A model generated the notes under the pieces. It was not told the origin of the DNA, ran no database searches, and worked only from the letters and a program-made list of their open reading frames with translations. 64,000 nucleotides of DNA from assembly GCA_051362555.1 (NCBI GenBank), contig CM120643.1, forward strand, positions 13,924,644 to 13,988,643, read 5' to 3'. Shown piece by piece: positions 39,274-52,673 of this stretch (the first letter of the stretch is position 1; each line of letters opens with the position of its first letter). This DNA is from Lingula anatina. Taxonomy: Eukaryota; Animalia; Brachiopoda. The position numbers and the translations under genes are program-made.

Positions 39274-42200
39274 ATGAAGGGCATGCGGAAAGCACTTATT
39301 GGATTTTGCCTTCTTGCCATAGCCGCCATTGAAATTCGGAATCTCTACGATTCATTTCGTGGTAGTAGGGGTACAGAAAAGCAGAAACATGATTTAGGTA
39401 CGTTAAGTTTTTATTAGTTTTGTAATGAATTCGTCTTAGTTATGAAGCTAAAGAAATGCATCTTTGAATGTTTTGGAATAAATCTGAATGCATGGAAACA
39501 TTTTTGCCTCTGTTCTGATAAAATCAGTAGTGAGCCTTTCAAGACAATTTCCTGACACCAAATTGTAGTAGTTATTGTTGCGATTAATATAGACTTTAGA
39601 ACGGCATGCATAGATGCTCAGGTGAGGGAGGTGTGTTTGAAATTACACCCCAGAAGCCCTCCTGCTACATGTACGTCATCATCTCAAATGAGAAATTTCA
39701 CCCTGGTGAATTTCTGATGTGGTTTATTATCTAAAAACATTGCAATGTTTATCACTGCATTATCTCATCGGATAAGGAACGAAACCTTGCGTATCTAAGA
39801 CCGTATTTTGAGGCGTACGTACTGTCATCCTGACAAAAAAAGTTCCATTTTGCTTAATAGGTCTTTACATCCCATTTAAATTGTGCTTCTTCAATGAAAA
39901 GGATTTGGGGCTTTTGGGTTTTAAATCACCATATATTTTTACATCGCAAAAATCAGTAAAATATATGGCGAACTTGAATCATTAGAACACACAGTTGCAA
40001 CACCATTACATCCCCCGATCTCTTATCTTCTCCCGAAGCCTTCACTCTTACTTACTGCCTTTGAGGAAGCAACGGAAGACGAGGTGACAAAAATCATTTC
40101 TAGATCTAAGAAGACATCATGCCTCCTTGACCCTACGCCGACAACACTGCTCTCCCAGATTCTCCCTGCAATCATTGGTCTCATAACTCACATTGTAAAC
40201 ATTTGCTTTAAAACCGGGAATTTTCCTGAATTGTTTAAGTCTGCAATTATCCGTCCACTACCGAAAAAGCCTAACCTAAATGCAGAACTCTTGCAAAATT
40301 ATCGACCTGTATCTAACTTGTCATTTCTGTCTAAAGTGGTAGAGCGTGTGATCGCCACAAGATTGTTCAATCACTTAGATGCAAATAACTTGGTTGAGAA
40401 GATGCAGTCGGCATACAAGGTGAACCATAGCACCGAGTCAGCACTCCTTACCGAGTCAATCTCCTGTGCGGTCGACAGTCACTCCGCCGTGTTACTTGTT
40501 CTCTTGGACCTATCGGCCGCATTTGACACTGTTGATCATCAGGTACTGCTGTCATTTTTGGAAGATACTGTTGGGATAAAAGATACAGCACTAAATCTTT
40601 TCCGTTCTTACCTCACAGGCAGATCACAACAAGTATGCGTGGACGGAGTTCTCTCTGAATTAGCTTAACTTGTCTTTGGTGTTCCACAAGGCAGTGTGTT
40701 AGGACCACTCATATTTTGTATTTATACTTTACCGCTTGGTGCAATCCTTCGTTTTCATGAGATTGGTTATCACATTTATGCTGATGACACTCAGCTTTAC
40801 ACATCCTGCAATATTAGAAACCCTGAATCATCAATTACTAAAATAGCCAACTGTATTTCTGATATAAGGGGGTGGATGATCAGAAACAAACTCAAGATCA
40901 ACGACGAGAAAACTGAATTCCTAGTAATATCTCAACCACACAATAAGAACATTGCCCGCAGTCTTAGCATGTCAATAGGTGCCAGCGTGGTACAAGTCTC
41001 ATCTCACGCCAAAAATCTGGGAGTTTATTTTGACAGTACATTGTTCATGAACAGGCAAATTTCTAACGTATCTAAAACATGTATGTTCAATATTAGAAAC
41101 ATTGGTTTGATCACCTTCTTCTTAAGGCTTATAAGGCAAGATTAGTATCATACGGTGATAAAGCTTTTAAATTTGCAGCACCAAAAGAATGGAATATTTT
41201 ACCCATCAGTCTTAGACAAATTGTGGACCCTGGACATTTTAAAAAGGAACTAAAAACCCACTTTTTTAAACAATATTATCTTTAAATTCTTGAAAAAACA
41301 CTTCTTAAGAAAAACTGTTCTTAGTCATAGTTTTAAATTTCCCCCTTTTTTTTTATCCATTTTATATATCCTAATATTTTTCTATAATCATTTTCCTTTT
41401 CTTCATCTTATAACCATTAGCAATATTTTCCTTTTAATTTGAATTTTATAATTTTTGTAAAGTCTACTGAACACATGTTGGATTTTAGACTATAAATATT
41501 ATTATTATTATTATTATTATTGTGCATGGATAGTTGGTTGGGTCGTTCTTTGATTTGTTAGCTAGTTGCATTGGTGTCCGGTTGGTCGGTCGGACGTTTT
41601 GCGTGATTCTTGCTGTTTTTGTTTTATTTTTTCGTTTCATTGTATATTACAGAAGTTTTGGAGCCAAGAGACCAGAGTAGAGTCCTGTCTAACCTCATGC
41701 TAGATGTAGAAAACCAAAACCAAGAGACAAACATAGAGAAAGCCTCCAAGCCACAGAAGACAAAAACCGTTTTGTTTTGGAACTGGAACTGGATGCCAGA
41801 TATTGGTGAACCCCTAGACACCGTTTTGGAACGCTCAAATTGTCCTCATCACCATCTCTGCAAGCTAACAAAAGACAAACGTTTGGTCCATGTGAGCGAC
41901 GCCTTGATATTCCACAGATCGTTAGGAGAAAATCCCCCACTGGGTCTCCGTCGACCCGAACAGAGATGGATTTGGGTTGAAGGTGAACCCCCCTGTTTTG
42001 GTGCCATGCCTGATACTGGGGAACCCTACAACTGGACAATGACTTACAGGCTAGAATCTGATTTCTACGGACCCTACGCCCAAATCTTCCGCCGGGAGAA
42101 ACCACTGCAGAAAGACTACATGCCAATTGTCAAAGCAAAAACGGGTCTGGTCGCGTGGATGGTGTCAAATTGCCCAACCCCTTCGCGTCGTATGGATTAT

Positions 42201-42728
42201 GTAAAGGAATTACAGAAGTACATTGACATTGACATCTATGGAAGCTGTGGACCGGGAAAAGTCAAATGCCTAAAAGAATCCGGAAAACTTATGGGCTATG
42301 AGGAGAAATGTTTGAGAAAATTGGAAAATTATAAATTCTACTTGTCCTTTGAGAACAGTCTTGCAGTTGATTATGTTACAGAAAAGTTCTTTAAGACGGT
42401 CAACATTGACGTAGTGGCTGTGGTGCGTTCCGGGGCCAACATGACTCGCCTTGGGTTCCACAAAGATTGGTACATCAACACTGCGGATTTCTCCAGTCCA
42501 AAGGAACTTGCTGATTATCTTAAAAAACTAGATGCCAACGACGATTTATACGTGAAATACTTGGAGTGGAAGAACTATTACCATAGTACTATGTCTACAA
42601 CATTGTGCCATCTATGCGAGCGGCTCCTTTACCGCGATGACCCTCCTAAGACATATACCAAAGATGACATTCGTCGATTTTTCTACACTGGTGCATGTTT
42701 TAAACCAAATGATATAGCACGTGATTAA
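39274..42728 (+). CDS. Alpha-1,3-fucosyltransferase (GT10), copy 1
   Basis: Exon 39274-39397 ([28 protein letters not shown], type II signal-anchor) + exon 41653-42728; GT10 motif [53 protein letters not shown]. Confidence 0.92.
39941..41521 (+). mobile_element. 5'-truncated, degraded non-LTR retrotransposon (L2/CR1-group RT) in FUT copy 1 intron
   Basis: RT motifs [58 protein letters not shown]; in-frame TAA at 40666-40668; 3' region truncated or rearranged ~41110; (ATT)n tail 41497-41521. Confidence 0.9.
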
Positions 42729-43763
42729 TCAGCTTGAGTAGGGTTTTCTTACTTATTAAAGATTGAGTCGAACCTGGTCATCCATCATATACATGTAATA
42801 GATCTTACTCGTGATGTGATAACAATTGCATGGGTCCAAACAGTGCTGTTAGGCCAACCTGAATTTACTTCATTTCGATCCAAATATATGTACATTCAGA
42901 ATATCCAATTGACGCGTTAACGACGATTAGACCCCTTCAATAAAACTTCATCTGAAACGTACCTACTGTCATTAAAATTTCGTCAGTCTTCTCAGGTAGC
43001 CATGACAGAATTACTTTATAAGACCATTGTAAAACTCGGGAGTTCTCCGTAGACTTTCTTCTGAACAGCTGCAACCCGATGTTTTTACAACTTATCTATC
43101 CGTTCTATTATATAGATTTTTTTTTATATCGTAAATTACTAAATTATTCCAAGAACCACCAACTGATGTACTTGCTAAAGGCACGCTGGTTTCCCCTATA
43201 TCAGTTGTTACAAATATTTTAATGTTTGTTATTAAAATAATATCTTTTACATTGGTAATATTGCAAAAGCTGAATATAATATAGGCTGGATTAAAAAAAA
43301 ACTGAGCTCGACTTCGAATTTTCCATATTTACCGCATCTTAAATTAGTATATGTCACAAGGCAGAAAAACACGGAAAAAAAGACAATGTTGTTTGACACA
43401 CTGAATCTGACAGTTGAGACAACAAATTGTGCATAGTTGTGAAATGTAGTAATACAAGAATTCCGTACTGCAGTGTTAAAGTGGAAACACATGCTTTTGT
43501 CAGCTGGCCTTTGGCCTAAAATAATCATATATTGACGTCATTGTTGGACAGACACTGGACATTCAATTTTCATCTTCTTATCTCAAAATATCACATGCTA
43601 ATACTTTAAAGTATATATACTTCAATTTTTGTGGATTACACGGATGGATATTGGAGAGTGAGAACGGGCATTGGAAAAAGTGAACATCCTTCCTTAAGCC
43701 CCAAACCTAGGAGCATATCTAACTACATGTATATCTAAGACAGGTACAGAGCGTGAACATATA

Positions 43764-43936
43764 CAGGCCCGTACCCAGCTATTGGAAATGGGGGATTCTT
43801 TCTGAAAATGTGGACCTTTTGTCATGAAGCCTTCGTTTACCTGGATCAAGTTTACCAGAGTGGACATTTTCCCAGCAAAAAGGGAGGTTCTTTCGCTCCC
43901 CCCCCCCAATACCCCCCCTCCCAGGACACAGGCCTG
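43764..43936 (+). mobile_element. CAGGCCCG-terminal MITE, apparent 5-bp TSD
   Basis: caggcccgtacccag...caggcctg; flanks atata/atgta; core ctgaaaatgtggaccttt also seen at ~13050-13182, ~21041-21200, 49530-49688, ~55300-55455. Confidence 0.7.
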
Positions 43937-44526
43937 ATGTATCTTTTGCTTTGTACCATACACATCTCAGCAGTGACCAAGGCTTAAACATGACTACATA
44001 TAAAACAAAATTCCTACAATCTCTCTCTGCTGTTGTCATTGCCAAGCACTTTTAAAATGTGTCACATTAAAATGTATCACGACATGAAGCAAATATTTTT
44101 CTGGAACTTAAAATATCCCAAGATTCGGATCTGAAAGTTTAGACCAATCTTCGGGCTATAGCTATTTTGTGAAACAGGAATGGTAGTCCTGAGAATGCAG
44201 GTATAGCGTTTCGAGGGATCGAGGTCCTAGAACATACGTTACTAGGATTTAAAATTTTCTTGTCTTTATGGTCGTTATCTGGCTAGCTGACCGGTTGAAT
44301 TAAGCCGAGATTGTGCCCGTGCAGGGACGACGCGTGGGGAGGCGTGTGAGAGGTGGAGAGACCATTACAGGATAAGCGGTCTTCCTTTCATGTAGGTCCG
44401 CCATATTTAGGTCGCGGCCTTGCTAGCACTAGGCTCTTCTCAGTCTGAATGGTCCCTTAGAAAGCACACAAAGCGTTCAGGCATCGCTAAGAATGCCATG
44501 TTCAAAACAGTGGTTGGTCGCTGCAA

Positions 44527-44606
44527 GGTGGCTTAAACCACCTTCACACTGGACGGTGTCAAAAGGGACACAGAAAGTACGCCGTCCAGTGTTTAGGGGG
44601 GCTTAA
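44527..44606. mobile_element. Very short MITE-like inverted repeat
   Basis: ttaaaccaccttcacactggacgg ... ccgtccagtgtttaggggggcttaa. Confidence 0.5.
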
Positions 44607-45205
44607 TTTTGGCACTTATAAAAAGATTAATAATTTTGGCCGGGCTAGATTTCAAATTCAACAAAAGTCTACAGAATTTTACAGAATTATATCAATTTAT
44701 ATTCTTCTCAATCATATTTTAAAAAACTATAAAACTCCATATTTCACATCCGTTGCTGCAAACCATCCGTGTGGAGATCATGGACCGAGACCCCCTGTGG
44801 TTCAATCAAGGGGTGAAGGTGGCTATTTACATTCGGGCCCCAGAGACCTTCACTGAATAAGGACGGGGGCGGGGGAGGGGGGAGCACAGCTTTACTCACA
44901 TCTGGGACAGTGTGATAGTGAGCAGTTCTCACCGGACGGCTGCCTCATGATTTCAGTGTGATTGATAAAGTCCCAAGTGTAGAGACGGAAGCTACCACAG
45001 GTACAGGTGTCAGCTTGTGTAGAAATTGAACAGTTTAAAATTTCATCATTATAATTAGTTGGGCCTATCTTATAACAGATGTGATGTTGAAAATGTTTCA
45101 GACAAATACTTTATTTATGCTGAATACCACGGATTTATCTTGAACCTTGAACATATTAACGTAATTTTGTCCATGCTTGAACTAAAGTGGTACTTGATAT
45201 GAGTC

Positions 45206-45396
45206 TAAGAGCGCATTCAGAACAGTGGACTAACGGATCCGCGGATCAAATATGGCCGACCCACTGGAAAGCTTGCTGCGTAATCCCCGCGGGGGATCTA
45301 TTCAGTGTCTAATCGGGAATTGAGCGACAAGTTTTCTAGTGGGTCGCCATATTTGATATGCGGATCTGTTAGTTTGCTGTTCTGAATGCACTCTTA
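45206..45396. mobile_element. Palindromic MITE, TAA/TTA-flanked (PIF/Harbinger-like)
   Basis: taagagcgcattcagaacag...ctgttctgaatgcactctta; second copy at ~55627-55814. Confidence 0.75.
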
Positions 45397-46300
45397 AACT
45401 TTAGACCAATACTCTTCGGGCTATAGCTATTGTGTGAAAGTAGCTTAAGACGTGTGAACTTATACTTATGGCTTTTAAGACGACGTATGATAGACCTGCA
45501 TATGATGGTGAAAGAATAAGGCGACGGTAATATAAATATTTAATTACATATAGTTAAATGTACAACACTGATTGTAGATATATAACACGGTTTTATAATA
45601 TGAAGGAAAAGAAACAACTCTCGACACAATTTTCATATTGCAGGATTTCCGGCTTTAGCTAAGATTCAATAAAGAAACAGGTTGATATGAAAAATTAGTT
45701 ATTCCGGAGAGAACTTGTCCCCTATGTGAATATGAGTCTTTTGAGGACGATTCACTGTCCTTTTTCAACGATAAAGGCATTGTACTTTTAAATTATGCGA
45801 GATGTTTTAATAACAATTTTGACCTTTAGGTGATAAAAGCAAGTTTTACTTTTGATTGATAATGAACAGCCAAAACCTGTCGCTGAGTTATAGAATTAAG
45901 GAGAAATTTATAAATCTATAAATAAATATAAATAAAATCTCTATATAATGTTTAATGTACATCATTATTAAATGTTAAGCCTCACCTAGTCCCTTATGGA
46001 ACTACTTTGTTGTTTTTTATCTACTTATATTTACATTTACTGTATATGGGTGAGACTTAAATAATTTATCTTGACTCTTGATATACACATTTTTCATACT
46101 GGCTGGGCTCCTTAGCTGAACTGAGTCTGTTAGTACTGCGAGGTGGGAACGCATTCATACATGACCTGCTGTATCCGCTGTATGTCGAATACAGCACAGT
46201 ACAGTCTCTTGTTCTACTATCTGACTGTGGTTTGATGAATTAACATTACCTGAAAATTTATCATTATTCCCATTTACTTCCGATCAGCCGAGGTGTCGTA

Positions 46301-48188
46301 ATGAATCGCAGGCGGAATGCGCTTATTGGATTTTGCCTTCTTGCCATAGCCGCCATTGAAATTCGGAATCTCTACGATTCATTTCGTGGTAGTAGGGGTA
46401 CAGAAAAGCAGAAACCTGATTTAGGTACGTAAAGTTCTTATTTGTTTTCTAATAATTTTGCATTAGTCGTGAAGCTGAAGAAATGCGTATTTGAATGTTT
46501 TGGAATAAATGAGAATGCATGGAAAATTTTTTCGCCTTTTTTTTCTGATAAAATCAGTAGTAAGGCTTTCAAGACAATTTCCTGAAATCAAATTGTAGTA
46601 CTTATTGTTGTGATTAGATAGGCTTCGAAAAGGCATTCATAGATGCTTAGGTGAGGGAGGTGTGTTTGAAATCTATATTTCAGTTTTCACACCCTAAAAG
46701 CCCTGCTTTTACGTCATCATCTTAAATAAGAAAATTTACCCTGGTGTATTTTTGATGTGTTTTTTTCTTATTCAGTGTAATAATTTTTATTATCTCATCT
46801 GATAAGTAGCGACACCTTACGTATCGAAAACCGTTAAGCGTATTTAGAGGCGTATGCAGTATCATCCTGCCCTAAGTTCCATTTTGCTTAATAGGTCTTT
46901 ACATTCCATTTAAACTGTGCATCTAACTCTTCAGTGAAAAGGTTGGTGAGCTTTTGGGTTTTAAATCCCCTTATATATTTGTTCGTGGATAGTTGGCTGA
47001 GTCGTTGTTTGGTTTGTTTGCTAGTTGCATTGGTGTCCGGTTGGCGGGTCGGGCGTTTTGCTTGTTTCTCACTGTTTTTGTTTTATTTTTTTCGTTTCAC
47101 TGTATATTACAGAGGTTTTGGAGGAAAAAGACCAGAGTAGAGTCCAGCCTAACGTCATGCTAGATGTAGAAAACCAAAATCAAGAGACAAAGATAGAGAA
47201 AGTCTCCGAGCCACAGAAGACAAAAACCGTTTTGTTTTGGAACTGGAACTGGACGCCAGATATTGGTGAACCTCTAGACACCGTTTTGGAGCGATCAAAA
47301 TGTCCTCATCACCACCTCTGCAAGCTAACAAAAGACAAACGTTTGGTCCATAATAGCGACGCCTTGATATTTCACAGATCGTTAGGAGAAAAGCCCCCAC
47401 TTAGTCTCCGTCGACCAGAACAAAGATGGATTTGGATTGAAGGTGAACCCCCCTGTTTTGGTGCCATGCCTGATACCGGGGAACCCTACAACTGGACAAT
47501 GACTTACAGGCTAGACTCTGATTTATACGGACCCTACGCCCAAATATTTCGTCGGGAGAAACCGCTGAAGAAAGACTACATGTCAATTGTCAAAGCAAAA
47601 ACGGGTTTGGTCGCTTGGATGGTGTCTAACTGCCCAACCCCTTCGCGTCGTATGGATTATGTGCGGGAATTACAAAAGTACATTGACATTGATATCTATG
47701 GAAGCTGTGGACCGGGAAAAGTCAAATGCCCGAAAGAACCCGGAAAGATTATGGGCTACGAAGAGCAATGTTTGAGAAAATTGGAAAGTTATAAATTCTA
47801 CTTGTCCTTTGAGAACAGTCTTGCAGTTGATTATGTTACAGAAAAGTTCTTTAAGACGGTCAACATTGACGTAGTGGCTGTGGTGCGTTCCGGGGCCAAC
47901 ATGACTCGCCTTGGGTTCCACAAAGATTGGTACATTAACACTGCGGATTTCTCCAGTCCAAAGGAACTTGCTGATTATCTTAAAAAACTAGATGCCAACG
48001 ACGCGTTATACGTGAAATACTTGGAGTGGAAAAACTATTATTATAGTGCTATGTCTACAACACTGTGCAATCTTTGTGAGCGGCTCCTTTACCACGACGA
48101 CCCTCCTAAGACATATACCAAAGATGACATTCGTCAATTTTTCTACACTGATGCATGTTTTAAACCAAATGACATAGTACGTGATTAA
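46301..48188 (+). CDS. Alpha-1,3-fucosyltransferase (GT10), copy 2
   Basis: Exon 46301-46424 ([28 protein letters not shown]) + exon 47113-48188; same GT10 motifs; intact ORF. Confidence 0.92.
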
Positions 48189-48833
48189 TCAGCATGGAGA
48201 AGGTTTTTCCTATATTACTTAATAAAGATTGAGTCGAACCTGGCCATCCATTGTATACACGTAGTAGATCTTACTCGTAGTGTGATAACATTTGGGTTCA
48301 AACATTGATGTTAGGCCATGCAACCTAAATTAATTTCATTTCAATACAAATACATGTACATTCAAAATGTCCGATTTAGGGCGAACTGGGCCCGGATAAA
48401 AACGGTTAAAAATCGCCTTAACGACGATTAGTCCCCTTGAACAAATCTTCATCTGAAACGTACCTAGTGTTGTTAAAATTTCGTCAGTCTTCTCAGGTAG
48501 CCATGACAGAATTATTTTATTAGACCCTTGTAAAACTCGGGAGTTCTCCGTAGAGTTTTTCCGTACAGCTGCAACACGATGTTTGTACAATTAATCTATG
48601 CGTAATATTATATATTTTTTATATTGTAAATTACTAAATTATTCAAACAACCATTAACTGATGTACTTGCTAAAGGCAATTACGTTGGTTTCCCCTGCAT
48701 CACTTGTTACAAATATTAATAATATTTTTACATTGGCAATATCGTAAAAGCTCAATATAATATCAGGTGGATTAAAAACACTGCGATCGACTTCGAATTT
48801 CCATGCTTCATAATATACATTTACCGCATCTTA

Positions 48834-49062
48834 AACTAGAAAAGCACTCCGAGAGCCAAGGCAGCGATTTTTGCTTATTATTGATTATTGATTGACTGAT
48901 TATTTATCCAGATCACAACCAAAAACTAATCATCTGTTCCTTGGCCCACTTCCTGAAAATTTCATCAGAATCGGTCCATAACTTTTTGAGATATGTTGAT
49001 GACAAACAAACAAACAAACAGACAAACAGGGGTGAAAACATAACCTCCTTTGCGGAGGATAA
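48834..49062 (-). mobile_element. Helentron/DINE-1-like (HINE) element
   Basis: Reverse-complement copy of 62501-62747: (gttt/gtct)n, caacatatctcaaaaagttatggaccgattctgatgaaattttcagg, terminal hairpin + ctagtt. Absent from the paralogous flank of FUT copy 1 (~43340). Confidence 0.7.
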
Positions 49063-49529
49063 TAGCATATATTAAAAGGCAAAATTAGGAAGAAACAGAA
49101 TTTTAGTTGACACACTGAATCTGACAGTTGAGACAACGAATTATGCATAGTTGTGAAATGCGGTAATACAAGAATTCTGTTCTTCAGTGATGCATTTGTC
49201 AGCTGTCCTTTGGCCTTAAATAATCACATATTGACATCATTGTTAGAAACGTATTCCTTTGACAAACACTGGACATTCAATTCTCATCTTCTTATCTGAA
49301 ATTTTCACATTTATTAAAATACTTAAAAATATAGTTACTTCAATCTGTGTGGATTGCACGAGTGGATAGTGGAAAGTGAAAATCTGTTTTTATCCCCGGA
49401 ACACGAGCATCTAAAACCAATGAATGGACATTGGAAAGTGAACATTCTACCTTAATCCCAAAGCCTACGAGCGTATCTTAGCGCTATGTATATCTAAGAC
49501 GGAAACAGAGCATGAACATGTATCTTATG

Positions 49530-49688
49530 CAGGCCCGTAGCCAGCAGATTCAAAAGGGGGGGTTCTTTTTCTGAAAAAGTGGACCTTTTACAATGAAACT
49601 TATGTGTACCTAGATAAAATTTTACCCAAAATGGACCTTTTCCTGACAAAAGGGGCGGTTCTTTCGAACCCCCCTGGCTACGGGCCTG
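49530..49688 (+). mobile_element. CAGGCCCG-terminal MITE with perfect 15-bp TIRs and 5-bp TSD
   Basis: CAGGCCCGTAGCCAG...CTGGCTACGGGCCTG; TTATG at 49525-49529 and 49689-49693. Confidence 0.85.
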
Positions 49689-50490
49689 TTATGCTTTGTA
49701 CCATACACATCCCAGCATTGGAGCTGTTTTTCTGATCTACATTAGGAAAAGATGTCCCAACTGACTTTCTTTCTCGTCCTTCGTTTGATGTGTATGCCTT
49801 AACTTTTTTGGTCGTTTATTTACTCTATCATAGATTTTGTCACGTCCAAAATGAAATAAGCCTCACAATCAATGTTTATGAGTATAAATGAAAGGAATGA
49901 AAGATCAGGAATCGCAATGACCGTTCAGTGGTCAGCACGTAAAATATTTTTTACTCTCAAACGGGGCCGTGTTAGGGTATTTTCGCCAGATACAGTAAAT
50001 CTGACAATAGCAGCTACAAGTGATTTCATACCAGCCTTCAATTGTTTTTTTCTAAATTCTTGAACCAATCCGTATTTGGAGGCAATTATAGAACACATAT
50101 TTTGCCTTTTTTTTTAAAGATGCAGTTCGTGTCGCAGTTTTTGCAGAATGCGTCTGTTGAAAACGGATTCAAACATTCTATGTTGTGTCAGTCAGCCTTT
50201 CACATCTTCGACTCCTGTCCATCCTTCTTAAAAGGTCAACAGTGATCATCTGATTTATTATCAGTACATGCAGACCTTGCATTACTGTAGTTTGAAAAAA
50301 GGAAAGAACGACGGATCCCCATATAATGATAAAAAAGACGCTGGTAATATAAATATTTCATTTGTGTTTAATATAAGTCCCTGGAATTAGTAATATGCCT
50401 ATAAGGGCGTTAAATTAATATTAATATGGCATTTTGTATCTATTTCTATCCAACTCCCAATATTTACTACAGCTAAGCTGAGCGGCTAAA

Positions 50491-52673
50491 ATGAAGAAAA
50501 GGCACCGGGCACTAATCGGATTTTTCCTTCTTGTCATAGCCGCCATTGAAATACGGAATCTCTACGATTCATTGCGTGTTAGTAGTAGTAGTAGTGGTAC
50601 AGAGGAAAAAGCGAAAGATGATCTAGGTAAGGTATTCCTTTGCATTCTAGCGATTTCTTATCAGTGAAGAGGCATGGGAAAACACTTAAGCTGGAGAATA
50701 AGCCGTATAATGTTTTGGAATAAATTTGATTTCATGGACATATTTTAAAATCAAATTAATGTTCTTTATTGTACAAAATCTGTAGACCTGTAGCAATCGC
50801 CTCCTAGGGATCTTCATCCACACCACTACCACCTGCCTCGCTTAACTAGTACATTGGGTAAAACTTTCTTAAGGCTGCGTCCTTTGTGCAGCCATGAAAC
50901 TGGCATCGTTGTGGTCGTAGAAAGGAGGCACAAACATTCAGTTATATGGGTTGTTTTTCAGAAATCAAAATTAGTTATCTGTGTTTATTATCCGCCCGAT
51001 GAAATAATATTTCTGTGCATGTTACCTCTTTGGTGAACGGGTCTGCAGAATCTTTTGTTAAAATAGTTTCCGTCTAAGATATTTGAGAAAAATAACGTAG
51101 ACCACTTTAGCTGTACATGTTAATACAGGACACTACATTAAGTTAATGGAAAGTAAAACAAAAAATAACTGATTGGTTTATTTTTTATTATTAATTCAAA
51201 ATAATTTGATAAAAGCTAAGAATAGAATTGCATATTAATGAAATTTGCCATTGTGTGGGCAATTTATGGAGGCGAACTTTGGATTTGTTTGCTTGTCGTT
51301 TTTGTTTTATTACCAAAGAGGTTATGTTTCCATCTCTGTTTGTTTGTTTGTTTGTTTGTTTGTTTCTTTGTTTGTATCTTTGCTCGTCACCAGCCTAACA
51401 CAAAAAGTTGTGAAATTTTCATGATAGGTCTGAAATGGGCTAACTCCAAAGTGATTTGATGTTGATGATGATCCATTGATTAATTAATGGTGATAATTAT
51501 TAGTAAACTCTTTGTCTTGGAGGAGCTCCGCACACTCTGGGCGATTTTCTACTTTTGTTTGTTTCGTTGTATATTACAGAAGCCTTGGAGCAAAGGGACC
51601 AGCATAGGGTTCAGCCCAAACCCTTGCTGAATGAAGAAGATCAAAATAAACAGTCAAACAATAAGGAAGCACGGTCAAACCCAGAGAAAACCAATCTGCA
51701 ACTGAAGAGGAAAACCGTTTTACTTTGGAACTGGGAATGGTTACCAGATATTGGTGAACCTCTAGACACCGTTTTGGAACGCTCAAATTGTCCTCATCAT
51801 CATCTCTGCAAGCTAACAAAAGACAAACGTTTGGTCAACATTAGCGACGCTTTGATTTTTCACAGGTCGTTAGGGCCAAATCCCCCACTGGCTTTCCGTC
51901 GACCAGAACAGAGATGGATTTGGGCTGAAGGTGAACCCCCCTGTTTTGGTCCCATGCCTGATACTGGGGAACCCTACAACTGGACATTGACCTACAGGCT
52001 AGAATCTGATTTATACGGACCCTACTCCCAAATCTATCGTCGGGAGAAACCGTTGCAGAAAGACTACATGTCAATTGTTAAAGCAAAAACGGGCTTGGTC
52101 GCCTGGATGGTGTCCCATTGCCCAACCCCTTCGCGTCGTATGGATTATGTGAAGGAATTACAGAAGTACATTGACATTGACATCTATGGGCGCTGTGGAC
52201 CAGGAAAAGTCAAATGCTTGAAAGAACCCGGAAAGATTATGGGCTATGAGGAGCAATGTTTGAGAAAATTGGAAAATTATAAATTCTACTTGTCCTTTGA
52301 GAACAGTCTTGCAGTTGATTATGTTACAGAAAAGTTCTTTAAGACGGTCAACATTGACGTAGTGGCTGTGGTGCGTTCCGGGGCCAACATGACTCGCCTT
52401 GGATTCCACAAAGATTGGTACATCAACACTGCGGATTTCTCCAGTCCAAAGGAACTTGCTGATTATCTTAAAAAACTAGATGCCAACGACGATTTATACG
52501 TGAAATACTTGGAGTGGAAAAACTATTACTATAGTGCTATGTCTACAACATTGTGCCGTCTTTGTGAGCGGCTCCTTTACCACGACGACCCTCCTAAGAC
52601 ATATACCAAAGATGACATTCGTCGATTTTTCTACACTGGCAATTGCTTTAAACCAAATGACATTGTGCGATAA
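50491..52673 (+). CDS. Alpha-1,3-fucosyltransferase (GT10), copy 3
   Basis: Exon 50491-50626 ([28 protein letters not shown], poly-Ser) + exon 51580-52673; GT10 motifs intact; more divergent stem region and intron. Confidence 0.92.

Noticed and set aside
41610-41652. ORF-track N-termini of the FUT genes (41610, 47025, 51555) as single-exon starts
   Set aside because: These are intronic pyrimidine tracts read from non-ATG starts; true ATG signal-anchor exons lie upstream with matching phase-1 splice sites in all three copies.
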